The notes under the pieces were generated by a model, which was not told where the DNA came from, made no database searches, and was given only the letters and a program-made list of their open reading frames with translations. Below are positions 18,559 to 28,471 of a stretch of 62,240 nt of DNA, one piece after another (within the stretch, counting starts at the first letter, position 1; each line of letters begins with the position of its first letter). This DNA comes from a virus. Taxonomy: Duplodnaviria; Caudoviricetes. The position numbers and the translations under genes were made by a program. The stretch is taken from positions 1 through 62,240 of IMG/VR virus record IMGVR_UViG_3300048848_000060. One strand, written 5' to 3'.

Positions 18559-18890
18559 CCGTCTCTATCCCGCTGCGCACCGGTGCCGGCTTGAATGGTC
18601 GGGAGCACTGGCGAACGCGCGCCAAACGCGTGAAGGGCGAGCGCACCGCCACCGCCTGGGCCATGCGCCCGCACGCAGCTCCGGCCGGCGCCGTCACCGT
18701 GCTGCTGCGCCGCGTGTCGCCCGGCACGCGCCCCATGGACGACGACAACCTGCCGGGCAGCCTCAAGGCGGTGCGCGACCAGGTTGCGGACTGGCTCGGC
18801 CGTGACGACGCCGACCCGTCGATCGTCTGGCAGTACGCGCAGCGGCGCGGGCAGCCCAAGGAGTGGGCCGTTGAACTGGAGGTGTCCTGA
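18552..18890 (+). CDS. RusA-like Holliday junction resolvase
   Basis: MDDDNL.GSLKAVRD...DD. Confidence 0.75.
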   Translation: MLTVSIPLRTGAGLNGREHWRTRAKRVKGERTATAWAMRPHAAPAGAVTVLLRRVSPGTRPMDDDNLPGSLKAVRDQVADWLGRDDADPSIVWQYAQRRGQPKEWAVELEVS

Positions 18891-19105
18891 TGCGCTGCGC
18901 CATCTGCGGTAGATCCCTCGACAAGGCGGCCATGTTCATCGGCCAGCTGCCTGTTGGCCCGACCTGCGCGCGCCGCCACGGCCTCATGGCCAAGGCCCGC
19001 AAGCGCTTCGGCTTCCTGTGGGTCAACAGCCAGCAGGTTCCCGCCGTGCGCCGCCCGAAGCCCGACAACCTGACGCTGGACCTGTTCGAGGTGGCGCCGT
19101 GCTGA
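18890..19105 (+). CDS. Small Zn-finger protein
   Basis: CAICGRSL...GPTCA. Confidence 0.6.
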   Translation: MRCAICGRSLDKAAMFIGQLPVGPTCARRHGLMAKARKRFGFLWVNSQQVPAVRRPKPDNLTLDLFEVAPC

Positions 19106-19326
19106 CGCAGCTCGCTCTGGCCGTCTTCGGCCTCACCGCGCTCTGGCTTGCCATGGGCGCGAGCGCGCGCGGCCGGCGCTGGGCGCCCGCCATCGGCCTC
19201 GCCGGCCAGCCGTTCTGGATCGCTTTCGCCATCCAGTCCAGCGCCTGGGGACTGCTGGCCCTGTCCCTGGCCTACAGCGCGGTCTACGCCCGCGGCGCCT
19301 GGGTGCAGTGGAGGGCGGCGCGATGA
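19099..19326 (+). CDS. Small multi-TM membrane protein
   Basis: RWAPAIGLAGQPFW; hydrophobic. Confidence 0.6.
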   Translation: MLTQLALAVFGLTALWLAMGASARGRRWAPAIGLAGQPFWIAFAIQSSAWGLLALSLAYSAVYARGAWVQWRAAR

Positions 19327-19790
19327 AGCAGACCATCACCTTGGCCGAGCCCGTGCAGGCCCACAAGGCGCTGGCCACGCTCTGGCGCGAGATCAAGGAA
19401 GACATCGCCGCAGGCCGGCGCAAGCTGCTTACCGTCAAGGACGAGACACGGCGCGACGGGCAGAACGCCCACTTCCACGCCCTCATCGCCGACATCTCGA
19501 AGCACATCGGCGGCGAGCTGGCCGACGAGGACGACGCCAAGCGCATCCTGCTGAGCGCGTTCCGGATCGACTCCCTCAACGACCCGGACTTCGCAGACGA
19601 GTGGCGCAAGCTGGGCGATCTGCGCATCGGGCGCGGCCTGCGCGGCGAGACGGTGCTGCTCGGCAACCAGACCCGCAACCTCAGCGTGCGCCTGGCCTCC
19701 GGGTTCATCGAGTGGCTCAACGCCTTCGGCATCGACCATGGCGTGCGCTTCCGGGCGCCTAAGTCCTGGCAGGGAATGGAGGCGTGCTGA
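19323..19790 (+). CDS. NinB-like recombination protein
   Basis: TRRDGQNAHFHALIADISK...FIEWLNAFG..HGVRF. Confidence 0.8.
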   Translation: MKQTITLAEPVQAHKALATLWREIKEDIAAGRRKLLTVKDETRRDGQNAHFHALIADISKHIGGELADEDDAKRILLSAFRIDSLNDPDFADEWRKLGDLRIGRGLRGETVLLGNQTRNLSVRLASGFIEWLNAFGIDHGVRFRAPKSWQGMEAC

Positions 19791-19972
19791 TGCCCACCCA
19801 AGACACCACGGCCGTGCGCGAGCAGGCCCAAGCAGAGATCGACGCGGAGGCCCGCCGGGCCGCCGTCGATGCCGAGAAGGTGCGCATCCGCGCATCCCGG
19901 TCCCTTCGGCGCAGGCTACTCGACCTGCTGCCGTTCACCATCACCATGAAGAAGAGAGCGAAGACGCCATGA
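19790..19972 (+). CDS. Hypothetical protein
   Basis: Coupled ORF. Confidence 0.5.
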   Translation: MPTQDTTAVREQAQAEIDAEARRAAVDAEKVRIRASRSLRRRLLDLLPFTITMKKRAKTP

Positions 19973-20166
19973 CGATTACCAAGATCACCAAGCCGCTGAG
20001 CATCCGCGAGCAGGCCGAACAGGAAGTTCGCGAAGAGATCGCGAGCAAGGCCAAGAACCGCATGAAGGAACTGTTGCGCCAGCGAGCCCAGTCTGAGGCG
20101 GTGCTCAAGGGCATCGACGCCCAGATCGCCGACTACGAACAGCAGATCGCTGATGGTCAGGTTTGA
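19969..20166 (+). CDS. Small coiled-coil protein
   Basis: Coupled ORF. Confidence 0.55.
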   Translation: MTITKITKPLSIREQAEQEVREEIASKAKNRMKELLRQRAQSEAVLKGIDAQIADYEQQIADGQV

Positions 20167-20713
20167 CCTCGACCCGGTGCTCAGCCGCCCGCATCGTGTG
20201 TTCTTTGCGGGCTTCGAGAGCACAACCACCCGGTTGCAACAGGCCGGGTGGCGCCTCGCGGCTGAGGAGAACGCCTACCAAGAGCGCCTGACGCTGGTCA
20301 TGAAGCATTGGGATCTGGGCCTGTACATGCTCGCCGACACGCTGCGTGTGGACTTCTATGCAGCGCGCCGGCGAGGCGAGCCGCTGGCATTCCACATCCG
20401 CTACGTCGCCGAGAAGCTCCAGGCGGTGAGATGCACAGATGTGGACTTCGCGGACTTCCATGCGATCGACGCTCGACCCGCATTCAGGCTTGAAGAGCCG
20501 AAGAGCATCGAAGACTACCGGATCTTTGCTGCGCCCCTCGTCCGCACCGAGGAGATCATCGTGGAGCCGCAGTCTGTCGCGCATTGCCTGGACATCATTC
20601 GCAAGCTGCAGGCGCCGGACCTGGCCGCCATCCGCAAGCGCAACGCGGCGCGCGAGAACGAGGCTGTGAACCAGACCAAATTCCACGCGCAGATCATGAC
20701 GCTGGCGGCATGA
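20153..20713 (+). CDS. Hypothetical phage protein
   Basis: 186 aa, operon position. Confidence 0.7.
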   Translation: MVRFDLDPVLSRPHRVFFAGFESTTTRLQQAGWRLAAEENAYQERLTLVMKHWDLGLYMLADTLRVDFYAARRRGEPLAFHIRYVAEKLQAVRCTDVDFADFHAIDARPAFRLEEPKSIEDYRIFAAPLVRTEEIIVEPQSVAHCLDIIRKLQAPDLAAIRKRNAARENEAVNQTKFHAQIMTLAA

Positions 20714-21036
20714 GCATCGTACACGCCTACCGCCTGTACGCCCAGGCCTTGCAGGACCACTGGTTCGCAGATTGGGCGGTCGAGCACCGGACTGCGCGCC
20801 CGGCCGTCCCGATTCACCCGAAGGTCCACGCCGCGTTGGAAGACCAACTCCCAGGCGGTGTGGATTGGCTTGTTACGGGCGAGGTTGGTCGCTGGTCCGG
20901 CTTCCGCCTCGTTCGAACGCCCCTTCAAACCTTTACGCTGCGCGCCTCCGCGGCGCCGCCGGTGCCGGTACGGGCTCCGTACCCGGTCAGCCGCTTGGTC
21001 GCAGCAATGCGCTACGCCGCTCGAGGTACGAACTGA
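20710..21036 (+). CDS. Hypothetical protein
   Basis: Coupled on both sides. Confidence 0.5.
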   Translation: MSIVHAYRLYAQALQDHWFADWAVEHRTARPAVPIHPKVHAALEDQLPGGVDWLVTGEVGRWSGFRLVRTPLQTFTLRASAAPPVPVRAPYPVSRLVAAMRYAARGTN

Positions 21037-21512
21037 TGCTCCGCCTCAACCCCAAGCGCCAGGCCGAACGCGCCCGCCAGGTGGCCGAACGCCGGATCGC
21101 CGAGAAGGCAGCTCGCCGCGGCGCGCTCATGGCGGTGCAGGGCAGGGCGGCCAGCATGGGCCCTGCAGACCTCGCGCCGGCGCCCAAGGCCGAGACGCTG
21201 GAGCACGAAGGCTACCGCCGCCTGGTCGCGCTGCTGCCGTGCAAGAACTGCGGCGTCGGCAGCTACAGCCAGGCTGCGCACCCCAACACCGGGAAGGGCA
21301 TGGGCGCAAAGACCGACGACCGCCTTTGCTTCCCGCTGTGCTGCGACCGCCCAGGCGTGCGCGGCTGCCATCCTCAGTTCGACCAGGCCGCGCTGTTCCC
21401 CAAGCACGTGCGGCGCGCGCTGGAGCCAGCCTGGGCGCGCGACACGCAGCGGCAGATCATTTCCCTCGGCCTGTGGCCGAAAGACCTTCCTGTACCGGAG
21501 AGCGAGCCATGA
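21036..21512 (+). CDS. Zn-binding nuclease-like protein (DUF968/DUF1364-like)
   Basis: LPCKNCG...AAH...GKGMG.KTDD...PLC...CH..FD. Confidence 0.7.
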   Translation: MLRLNPKRQAERARQVAERRIAEKAARRGALMAVQGRAASMGPADLAPAPKAETLEHEGYRRLVALLPCKNCGVGSYSQAAHPNTGKGMGAKTDDRLCFPLCCDRPGVRGCHPQFDQAALFPKHVRRALEPAWARDTQRQIISLGLWPKDLPVPESEP

Positions 21513-21970
21513 GCCGCAAGCAAGTCCGCCGCCGCCACTACGCGCTGGTGAATCCTGTGTTGCATGCCATGGCCGGCGCCTCCATCACGCCGGCGGCGGC
21601 CCTAGACAAGCTCCGCACCGTCGAGCTATCGGCGCTGGAGCAGTTCAAAGCCGGCGCGCCCAGCGTTCAGGACTGGCGCGCCCTGTGCGACATGGTCAAC
21701 CTGTGCGAGACCATGGCACGGGATGGGATCGGCCCCGAAGCCCTGGAAGCCTGCGAGCGCGCCGAGGCGGCGCTGCTGGCCGGCCACCACCGACACAACG
21801 ACCACGGCCGCATCGGGCGCTCGGCCGGGGAGTACGAAGCGCTACTCGACGTCTACGAGTTCCACGACTTGCAGCGTCAGTCGGTCGCGCGCAGCGTCTA
21901 CGAGCAGGCCATCCAGAAGACGGCCAACCGGATCAGGAGCGCGGCGCCTGGGGTGAAGGTGCTGGTGTGA
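21509..21970 (+). CDS. Hypothetical phage protein
   Basis: 153 aa coupled ORF. Confidence 0.7.
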   Translation: MSRKQVRRRHYALVNPVLHAMAGASITPAAALDKLRTVELSALEQFKAGAPSVQDWRALCDMVNLCETMARDGIGPEALEACERAEAALLAGHHRHNDHGRIGRSAGEYEALLDVYEFHDLQRQSVARSVYEQAIQKTANRIRSAAPGVKVLV

Positions 21971-22011
21971 TCTTTCTCGCACAATGGGTGCCCCACCAAC
22001 AGAGAGGCACC

Positions 22012-22245
22012 ATGATTCCAGCCATTCAAGAAATCATCGATCAGGCAATCAGCAATCCGGGCGCAAGACCCGCCAATTTCAAGTTCCACATGAGCAACGG
22101 CGAGGCGATGACCGGGCGCCCGACGGACCAGCACGGCGGCGCTGTCATCTTGGACAACGGGGCATCCAAGATCGTTCTCGTTGAGGAGCACATCGTCGCC
22201 GTCACTCTTGTGGGCGCTGTTCGGGTTGGCGGCGCCAGCGTCTGA
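22012..22245 (+). CDS. Small protein, possible Hfq/Sm-like fold
   Basis: FHMSNGEAMTG...AVILDN...IVLVEEHIVAV parallels Sm1/Sm2; own RBS and terminator. Confidence 0.5.
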   Translation: MIPAIQEIIDQAISNPGARPANFKFHMSNGEAMTGRPTDQHGGAVILDNGASKIVLVEEHIVAVTLVGAVRVGGASV

Positions 22246-22267
22246 CCGAGCGAGTAGCCCTGATGCA

Positions 22268-22290
22268 GCCCGCCGCGTGCGGGCTTTTTT
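22268..22290 (+). terminator. Intrinsic terminator GCCCGC-N5-GCGGGC-T6
   Basis: Hairpin plus T tract between early and late regions. Confidence 0.8.
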
Positions 22291-22303
22291 GCGTCTCCTT
22301 GCG

Positions 22304-22315
22304 CACCCCCCTTGC
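22304..22315 (+). promoter_or_regulatory. Candidate late promoter motif CACCCCCCTTGC, copy 1
   Basis: Identical 12-mer at 28671 and 46638. Confidence 0.5.
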
Positions 22316-22422
22316 GCAAACCTCCCGAATAAATTTCCATACGCGCCGTTCCGCAGTTGTCTCCTCCCGTGCGTGTCACCCGCGCACTTAGCCCGCCGGC
22401 CTAGCGCTGGCGGGCCCTTTCA

Positions 22423-23148
22423 TTGCCGCGCAAGAGCCCGTCGCCCGCTGAAACCGCCACCAAGGCCACGAAGCCCAGCGCCAAGCCGACCCCGAAGAAG
22501 CCAGCCGCCAAGAAGGCGGTAGCGCCAAAGAAGGCCACGCAGCCGAAGCCAGAGCCCGCCAAGCGCGGGGGATGGCGCGCCGCGGCTGTCGAGCCCGAGC
22601 AAGACCTTTCCCCAAGCGCGCAGCGATTCGTCGATGAGTACCTGATCGACCTGAACGCGACCCAGGCCTACCTGCGCGCGAACCCGGGCGTGTCGCTCTC
22701 GACTGCGAGCGCGGAGGGCTGCAGGCTCACAGGAAATCCCAAGGTCGCCGCCCTGATCGCCCAGAAGAAGCAGGAGCGGGCCGAGCGCGTAGGCGTCGAT
22801 GCGCACCGCGTGCTCAAGGAGGTGGCCAGGCTTGCCCTGTTCGACCCGCGCAAGCTGTTCGACGCGGACGGGGTGCCGCTGCCGATTCACCAGCTCGACG
22901 ACGACACCGCCGCGGCGCTCGCTGGCCTGGACGTGCAGGAAGTCCGGCTGGGAACTGGCGAGGGGGCCGAGCGCGCGGTCGTCAAGAAGTACAAGCTGGC
23001 CGACAAGGGTGCGAACCTCGACCGGCTGATGAAGCATCTGGGCCTGTTCGAGCGGGACAACGCCCAGAAGGTTGACCCCATCGCTCAGCTGCTGGCCGGC
23101 ATGGGCCGCTCCAGCGTTCCGGTCGTGAAGGATCCCGAGCGTGAGTAG
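22423..23148 (+). CDS. Terminase small subunit
   Basis: QRFVDEYLIDLNATQAY; KYKLADK...L.KHLGLF. Confidence 0.92.
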   Translation: MPRKSPSPAETATKATKPSAKPTPKKPAAKKAVAPKKATQPKPEPAKRGGWRAAAVEPEQDLSPSAQRFVDEYLIDLNATQAYLRANPGVSLSTASAEGCRLTGNPKVAALIAQKKQERAERVGVDAHRVLKEVARLALFDPRKLFDADGVPLPIHQLDDDTAAALAGLDVQEVRLGTGEGAERAVVKKYKLADKGANLDRLMKHLGLFERDNAQKVDPIAQLLAGMGRSSVPVVKDPERE

Positions 23149-24700
23149 CGTGTCGGTCCACTACGACATGGTGCCGTCCAACGAGGACGAGCTGGCGATG
23201 TGCCTGGCCGATCCGATGTGGCGCCTGTGCTCGGGCTACCTCTACAAGATCATGCTGAAGTCGGACACGGGCGATGGCACAACCGTTCCGTTCCGCCCAA
23301 ACCGCGCGCAGCGGCGCCTGCTCTCCAGGCTCTGGCACCGCAACATCATCCTGAAGGCGCGGCAGTTGGGCTTCACCACGCTGGTGGCCATCCTGTTCCT
23401 GGACCACGCGCTGTTTAACGCGGACCAGCGCTGCGGCATCATCGCCCAGGACCGCGAGGCCGCCGAGGCCATCTTCCGCGACAAGGTCAAACTGGCATAC
23501 CAGCACCTGCCGCCCGAGATTCGGGACGCGCGTCCGCTGGCCAGGGATAGCGCGGCAGAGCTGCTGTTCTCGAACAACTCCAGCATCCGCGTCGCCACGA
23601 GCATGCGGTCGGGCACGATCCATCGGCTGCACGTCTCGGAGTTCGGGAAGATCTGCGCCAAGTTCCCGGACAAGGCCAAGGAAGTCATCACCGGCTCGCT
23701 GCCGGCCGTGCCGCTCGACGGAATCGCCATCATCGAGTCCACCGCGGAAGGCCGCGAGGGCGACTTCTTCAAGCTGTCCCAGCGCGCCCAAGCCCTGCAC
23801 GAATCCGGCAAAGAGCTGACCGCCCGCGACTACCGGTTCCACTTCTTCCCGTGGTGGCAGGAGCCCGGCTACCGCATGGAGGGCGCCAACGTCCTCATAA
23901 CCGAGACCGACCGCGAGTACTTCGCCGAGGTTGAGGCCGTGATGAAGATCACGCTGGACCAGGCCCAGCGCAACTGGTACGTCGCCACCCGCGATGCCGA
24001 CTTCTCCGGCGAGGAGGAGAGCATGTGGCAGGAGTACCCGAGCACGCCGGACGAGGCGTTCCAAGTCTCCACGCAGGGCACCTACTACGCCAAGCAGCTG
24101 ACCGCCGCGCGCAAGCAGCGCCGGATCACCCGCGTGCCGTACCAAGAAGGCGTGCCCGTCAACACCTTCTGGGACATCGGCAGCAGTGACGGCACCGCCA
24201 TCTGGCTGCACCAGCGCGTCGGCCTGGAAAACCGCTTCATCGGCTTCATTGAGGGATGGGGCGAGAGCTACAGCCACTACGTCGCCGAGCTCCAGAAGCG
24301 CGGCTACGTCTGGGGAACGCACTACCTGCCGCACGACGCCGCGCACCAGCGGCAGCAGGGCGAGAAGGTGGCCGCACCCATCGACGAGCTCGAAGCACTG
24401 AAGCTGGGCGGCCGCTGGGAAATCGTGCCCGTCGTGGACGACATCAACCACGGCATCCAGAAGACCCGCGCCGCGTTCAGCAGCGCGTGGTTCGACGAGG
24501 AGGGCTGCAAGGCCGGCCTCGCGCACATCGCCGCCTATCGCAAGAAGTGGAACGAGAGTCAGGGCTGCTGGAGCCAGCACCCGCTCCACAACGAGCACAG
24601 CGAAGCCGCCGACGCCTTCCGGCAGTACGGCCAGGGCTACGTCGCACCGAAATCCCAATCCGCGCGCACGGCGCGCACAACCTCGTGGAGGACCGCGTGA
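23141..24700 (+). CDS. Terminase large subunit
   Basis: ILKARQLGFTT, LHVSE, ESTAEG, WDIG..D, ADAFRQ. Confidence 0.93.
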   Translation: MSSVSVHYDMVPSNEDELAMCLADPMWRLCSGYLYKIMLKSDTGDGTTVPFRPNRAQRRLLSRLWHRNIILKARQLGFTTLVAILFLDHALFNADQRCGIIAQDREAAEAIFRDKVKLAYQHLPPEIRDARPLARDSAAELLFSNNSSIRVATSMRSGTIHRLHVSEFGKICAKFPDKAKEVITGSLPAVPLDGIAIIESTAEGREGDFFKLSQRAQALHESGKELTARDYRFHFFPWWQEPGYRMEGANVLITETDREYFAEVEAVMKITLDQAQRNWYVATRDADFSGEEESMWQEYPSTPDEAFQVSTQGTYYAKQLTAARKQRRITRVPYQEGVPVNTFWDIGSSDGTAIWLHQRVGLENRFIGFIEGWGESYSHYVAELQKRGYVWGTHYLPHDAAHQRQQGEKVAAPIDELEALKLGGRWEIVPVVDDINHGIQKTRAAFSSAWFDEEGCKAGLAHIAAYRKKWNESQGCWSQHPLHNEHSEAADAFRQYGQGYVAPKSQSARTARTTSWRTA

Positions 24701-25179
24701 CCTCAATTCTCGGCCCCAGCGGCACCCCCATGGTCGAACTCGGCGGCGAGCGCGCCTGGCGCCAGCGCGTCATCGGCGATGTCGTCTGCTCTTTCCAGTG
24801 GCTCGACCTGCGCGCCTCTGGAGACCACACCGCCGACGGCCAGCCCGAGCCCTGCATGGTCCTGTTTCCTGCGCACCGCCGCATGGACACCGGGGCCTAC
24901 ATCATCCCGGAGCGCAACGCCTACGCCTACGTCGACAACAAGGGCAACCCCACGCCGCAGTTGCTGAAGTCGTCCGCCCTGGCCGCGGAAGCGCTGGGCT
25001 TCGACATGAACGACCGATCGGCCATCACCCGCATGCTGGACATCATCTGCGAGGGCATGCCCGACCTCATCGACATGCCCAGTGAGCAGCCCAGTGCGCT
25101 CGAGGTGCGCAAGCACCGCATGGGGATCGAGGTCACGGCGCGCGCGGCCGGCAAAGAACTTCACTCCGAACTCATCTAG
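24697..25179 (+). CDS. Hypothetical phage protein
   Basis: Coupled, between terminase and portal. Confidence 0.7.
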   Translation: MTSILGPSGTPMVELGGERAWRQRVIGDVVCSFQWLDLRASGDHTADGQPEPCMVLFPAHRRMDTGAYIIPERNAYAYVDNKGNPTPQLLKSSALAAEALGFDMNDRSAITRMLDIICEGMPDLIDMPSEQPSALEVRKHRMGIEVTARAAGKELHSELI

Positions 25180-25187
25180 GACCGCCA

Positions 25188-27482
25188 ATGTTCGAAGTCC
25201 GCGACCGGCTGCTGCGTGAGCAGCCCAACGACCCCAACAAGCCCTCGGCCGACGAGCTCAACGGGCCCGACCGGCCAGCCGACGCCAGCGAGGAGGATCT
25301 GCGCCGCCATCGCCACGGCACGCTGATGGGCCTGCTGGAGTACGAGGCCGAGCGCCAGGCCGAAGAGCGGCTGCAGATGCAGATCGACGAGGACTACTAC
25401 GACCACCTGCAATGGCGGCCCGAGGATGCCCGCGTCCTGATGGAGCGCGGCCAGGCGCCGCTGGTGTTCAACGAGTCCCGGCAGACCATCGACTGGATCG
25501 CCGGCACCGAGAAGCGCATGCGCAAGGACTACAAGATCCTGCCGCGCGAGCCCGACGACGAGCAGGGCGCCGAGCTGAAGACCAAGCTGGTCAAGTACAC
25601 CGACGACGTCAACGAGACGCAGTGGCACCGCTCGAAGGCCTTCAAGCAGGCGGCCACGGCCGGCTTGTCCTGGCTGGAGGAGGGCGTCAACCGCGACCCC
25701 GAAAACGAGATCATCTACAGCGGCATGGAGGACTGGCGCAACGTCTACCGCGACAGCCACAGCCGCAACATCGACTACAACGTCGACGCCCGCTACCTGT
25801 TCCGCCGCCGGGTCATCGATCTGGACTACGCGACGATGCTGCTGCCGGAGCACGCCACCCACCTGCGCAACATGGCCGGCCGGCACGAGGACCAGGATCT
25901 CGGCGACGACATCTGGTACTTGGGTGAGAAGCTGACGGGGGCCAGCGAGACCGAATGGACGTCGGCGCACAGCGTGTTCGGCGCCCGCGCGGCGTACATG
26001 AGCCGCGAGGGCTACCGGGACAACAGCACGCGCCGCAGCGTGGAGCTCAACGAGTGTTGGTATCGCGTGCCCGAGCGCGTGCCCGTGTTCGCCGAGGGCC
26101 CACTGGCCGGCCGCCTGGTCAACCAGGCCGACCCGCGCCAGGCCGAACTGCTGCGCGACAACACGAAGACCTACGAGGCCGTGAAGTTCCGCATGCGGCT
26201 CATGATCGCCACGCGCGAGGCGCCTTGCCTCGACATGGCCAGCCCGATGCGGCACGGCCGGTTCCTGCTGGTGCCGATCTGGGGCTACCGGCGCGCGCGC
26301 GACGGCCTGGCCTACGGCGCGATGCGCGGCATGCGGGACATCCAGGACGACCTGAACAAGCGCCGCAGCAAGGCGCTGTACGCGCTGAGCGTGAACCGCA
26401 TCGTCATGGACGACGGCGCGGTCGAAGACATCGAAGAGGCCCGCATCGAGGCCGCGCGCCCCGACGGCATCATCGTCAAGAAACAGAACAAGCAGCTCAC
26501 GTTCGAAAAGAACATGGCCGACTTCCAGGCCAATGCCGAGCTTGCCGCGCAGGACAGCCAGCTGCTGCGCAACGCCGGCGGCGTCACGAACGAAAACCTG
26601 GGCCGCGACACGTCCGCCCAGAGCGGCAAAGCGATCGGCCTCAAGCAGGACCAGGGCAGCCTGACCACCTCAGAGCTGTTCGACAACCTGCTGCTGGCCA
26701 TCAAGCAGGCCGGCAAGCTGCGGCTGTCGCACATCGAGCAATTCTGGACCGAGGCCAAGGCCATCCGCATCGCGGGCGGCCGCAAGCCGGTCGAGTGGCT
26801 GGAAATCAACCGGCTCGACCCGGCGACGGGCCAGATCCTGAACGACGTCACCGCGCGCGAGGCGGACTTCATCGTCGACACCCAGGACTACCGGGCCAGC
26901 CTGGCCCAGGCCGCGATGGAGCAGCTTTTCGACCTGCTGGGCAAGATCGCGACCTTCGCTCCCCAGGTCGTGCTGTCCGTGCTGGATCTCGTTGTTGAGA
27001 CCGCCGACATCAAGGACAAGGAGGAGTGGGTCGCACGCATCCGCAAGCTGAACGGCCAGCGCGACCCCGCGAAGCCGCCGACCCCCGAGGAGCAGCAGGC
27101 CGAGCAGATTGCAGCAGCCAAGCAGCAGGAAGCCGAGCAGATCGCGACCGGCACGGCCCAGGCCACGCTCGACAAGATCAAGGTCGACATCGAGATGGCC
27201 CGCGCCAAGATGGCCGAGATGGATGTCGGCGCCGTGCTCAAGCGCTGCGAGACGCTGCTGCAGGCAATGAACGCCGCGCAGATCGTGGCCATGAATCCGG
27301 CCGTGGCCCCCGCGGCCGACGAGATCGCGAAGTCCGCCGGCTTTGTTGACCTGCACGAGGGCGACGTGCCCGTGCCCGCCGCTCCGGCGCCCGTCGAGGT
27401 CGCGGCTCCCGAATTCTCTGAACCCCTGCAACCCGAGCCCGTCGAGGCCGCACCTTTTCCCACACTGGAGAACAATCGATGA
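25188..27482 (+). CDS. Portal protein (P22-like)
   Basis: 764 aa; DYYD..QW...L.ERGQAPLVFN; D.QDDLNKRRSK; SGKAI...Q.QG. Confidence 0.9.
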   Translation: MFEVRDRLLREQPNDPNKPSADELNGPDRPADASEEDLRRHRHGTLMGLLEYEAERQAEERLQMQIDEDYYDHLQWRPEDARVLMERGQAPLVFNESRQTIDWIAGTEKRMRKDYKILPREPDDEQGAELKTKLVKYTDDVNETQWHRSKAFKQAATAGLSWLEEGVNRDPENEIIYSGMEDWRNVYRDSHSRNIDYNVDARYLFRRRVIDLDYATMLLPEHATHLRNMAGRHEDQDLGDDIWYLGEKLTGASETEWTSAHSVFGARAAYMSREGYRDNSTRRSVELNECWYRVPERVPVFAEGPLAGRLVNQADPRQAELLRDNTKTYEAVKFRMRLMIATREAPCLDMASPMRHGRFLLVPIWGYRRARDGLAYGAMRGMRDIQDDLNKRRSKALYALSVNRIVMDDGAVEDIEEARIEAARPDGIIVKKQNKQLTFEKNMADFQANAELAAQDSQLLRNAGGVTNENLGRDTSAQSGKAIGLKQDQGSLTTSELFDNLLLAIKQAGKLRLSHIEQFWTEAKAIRIAGGRKPVEWLEINRLDPATGQILNDVTAREADFIVDTQDYRASLAQAAMEQLFDLLGKIATFAPQVVLSVLDLVVETADIKDKEEWVARIRKLNGQRDPAKPPTPEEQQAEQIAAAKQQEAEQIATGTAQATLDKIKVDIEMARAKMAEMDVGAVLKRCETLLQAMNAAQIVAMNPAVAPAADEIAKSAGFVDLHEGDVPVPAAPAPVEVAAPEFSEPLQPEPVEAAPFPTLENNR

Positions 27483-28471
27483 CGATTTCCGAAGACGACC
27501 TGCGCGGTCTCAGCACCGTGGAGCGTGAAGCCCTGCTGGCCACCGACGAGAACGACGAGGATATGGTCCGCGAGCTGGGCACCGGCGGCGCGCCTGCCCC
27601 CGCGCCGGCTGCGGCCGCTGCCGTTCCTGCAGCCGACGACACCGACACGGACGCCGATCCGGAGCCCGCCGAAGCCGCGCCGCCTGCCGCACCGCCCGAG
27701 CCTGCCCCGGCCCCGGCCGCCGACCCCGCCAGCGCGCCGGCGCCCGAGCCGGCCGCAGCGCCTGCCACGGCAGACGCCGACGACGAGCCGGCGCCGCAAC
27801 CGCAGCGCTCCACCCCCGACGACGCCGCCGAGCAGCGCAAAGCCCTGCGCGCGGAGAAGTCCGCAGCCATGCAGAAGCTGCTGGCCGGCGAGATCACGCA
27901 GGAGGAGTTCCAGGCTGTCGAGGATGGCGTGCAGGACAAGCTCGACGTGCTCGTGCGCGCGGAGGCCAGCGACCAGGCCCGCGAGCAGGTCCGGATGGAC
28001 TCCATGGTGGCCGACTACAACAAGGATCTGCGCGTCGCGCAGCGTGGGCTGACAACGGCAGGGCTGGACCTCAAGGCCAACGACGGGGCCATCGAAGCCG
28101 AGTTCGACCGGGCCGTGCGCATGTTCGCGGCCGAAGCCGGTGCGCGCGGTCTGTCGGACCGGCCCGGCAACCTGGCGGCCTCGCGCGATGCGCTCAAGGA
28201 GGCCACCGAGTACGTGCTGCGCCGGCACGGCAAGGCAACTGCCGCACCGGCGCCAGCGCCAGCGCCTGCAGCCGCCCCGCCGGCCGCGCCCGTGAAGCCG
28301 CGGGCCCCGGTGGATCGATCCACGTTCCCGCCGACGCTGGCAAACGTGCCCGTCGCAGCCGATGCCACCATCGCCAGCGAGTTCGCGCACCTGGAGAACA
28401 TGCAGGGCGCCGACCTCGAGCGCGCGCTGGCCCGCCTGACCCCCGACCAGCAGGAGCGCTACCTGGCATGA
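27479..28471 (+). CDS. Scaffolding protein
   Basis: Acidic, Pro/Ala-rich; between portal and capsid. Confidence 0.7.
   Translation: MTISEDDLRGLSTVEREALLATDENDEDMVRELGTGGAPAPAPAAAAAVPAADDTDTDADPEPAEAAPPAAPPEPAPAPAADPASAPAPEPAAAPATADADDEPAPQPQRSTPDDAAEQRKALRAEKSAAMQKLLAGEITQEEFQAVEDGVQDKLDVLVRAEASDQAREQVRMDSMVADYNKDLRVAQRGLTTAGLDLKANDGAIEAEFDRAVRMFAAEAGARGLSDRPGNLAASRDALKEATEYVLRRHGKATAAPAPAPAPAAAPPAAPVKPRAPVDRSTFPPTLANVPVAADATIASEFAHLENMQGADLERALARLTPDQQERYLA

Noticed and set aside
27580-28310. Pro/Ala low-complexity repeats in the scaffold gene
   Set aside because: Ordinary linker composition, not a DNA repeat array
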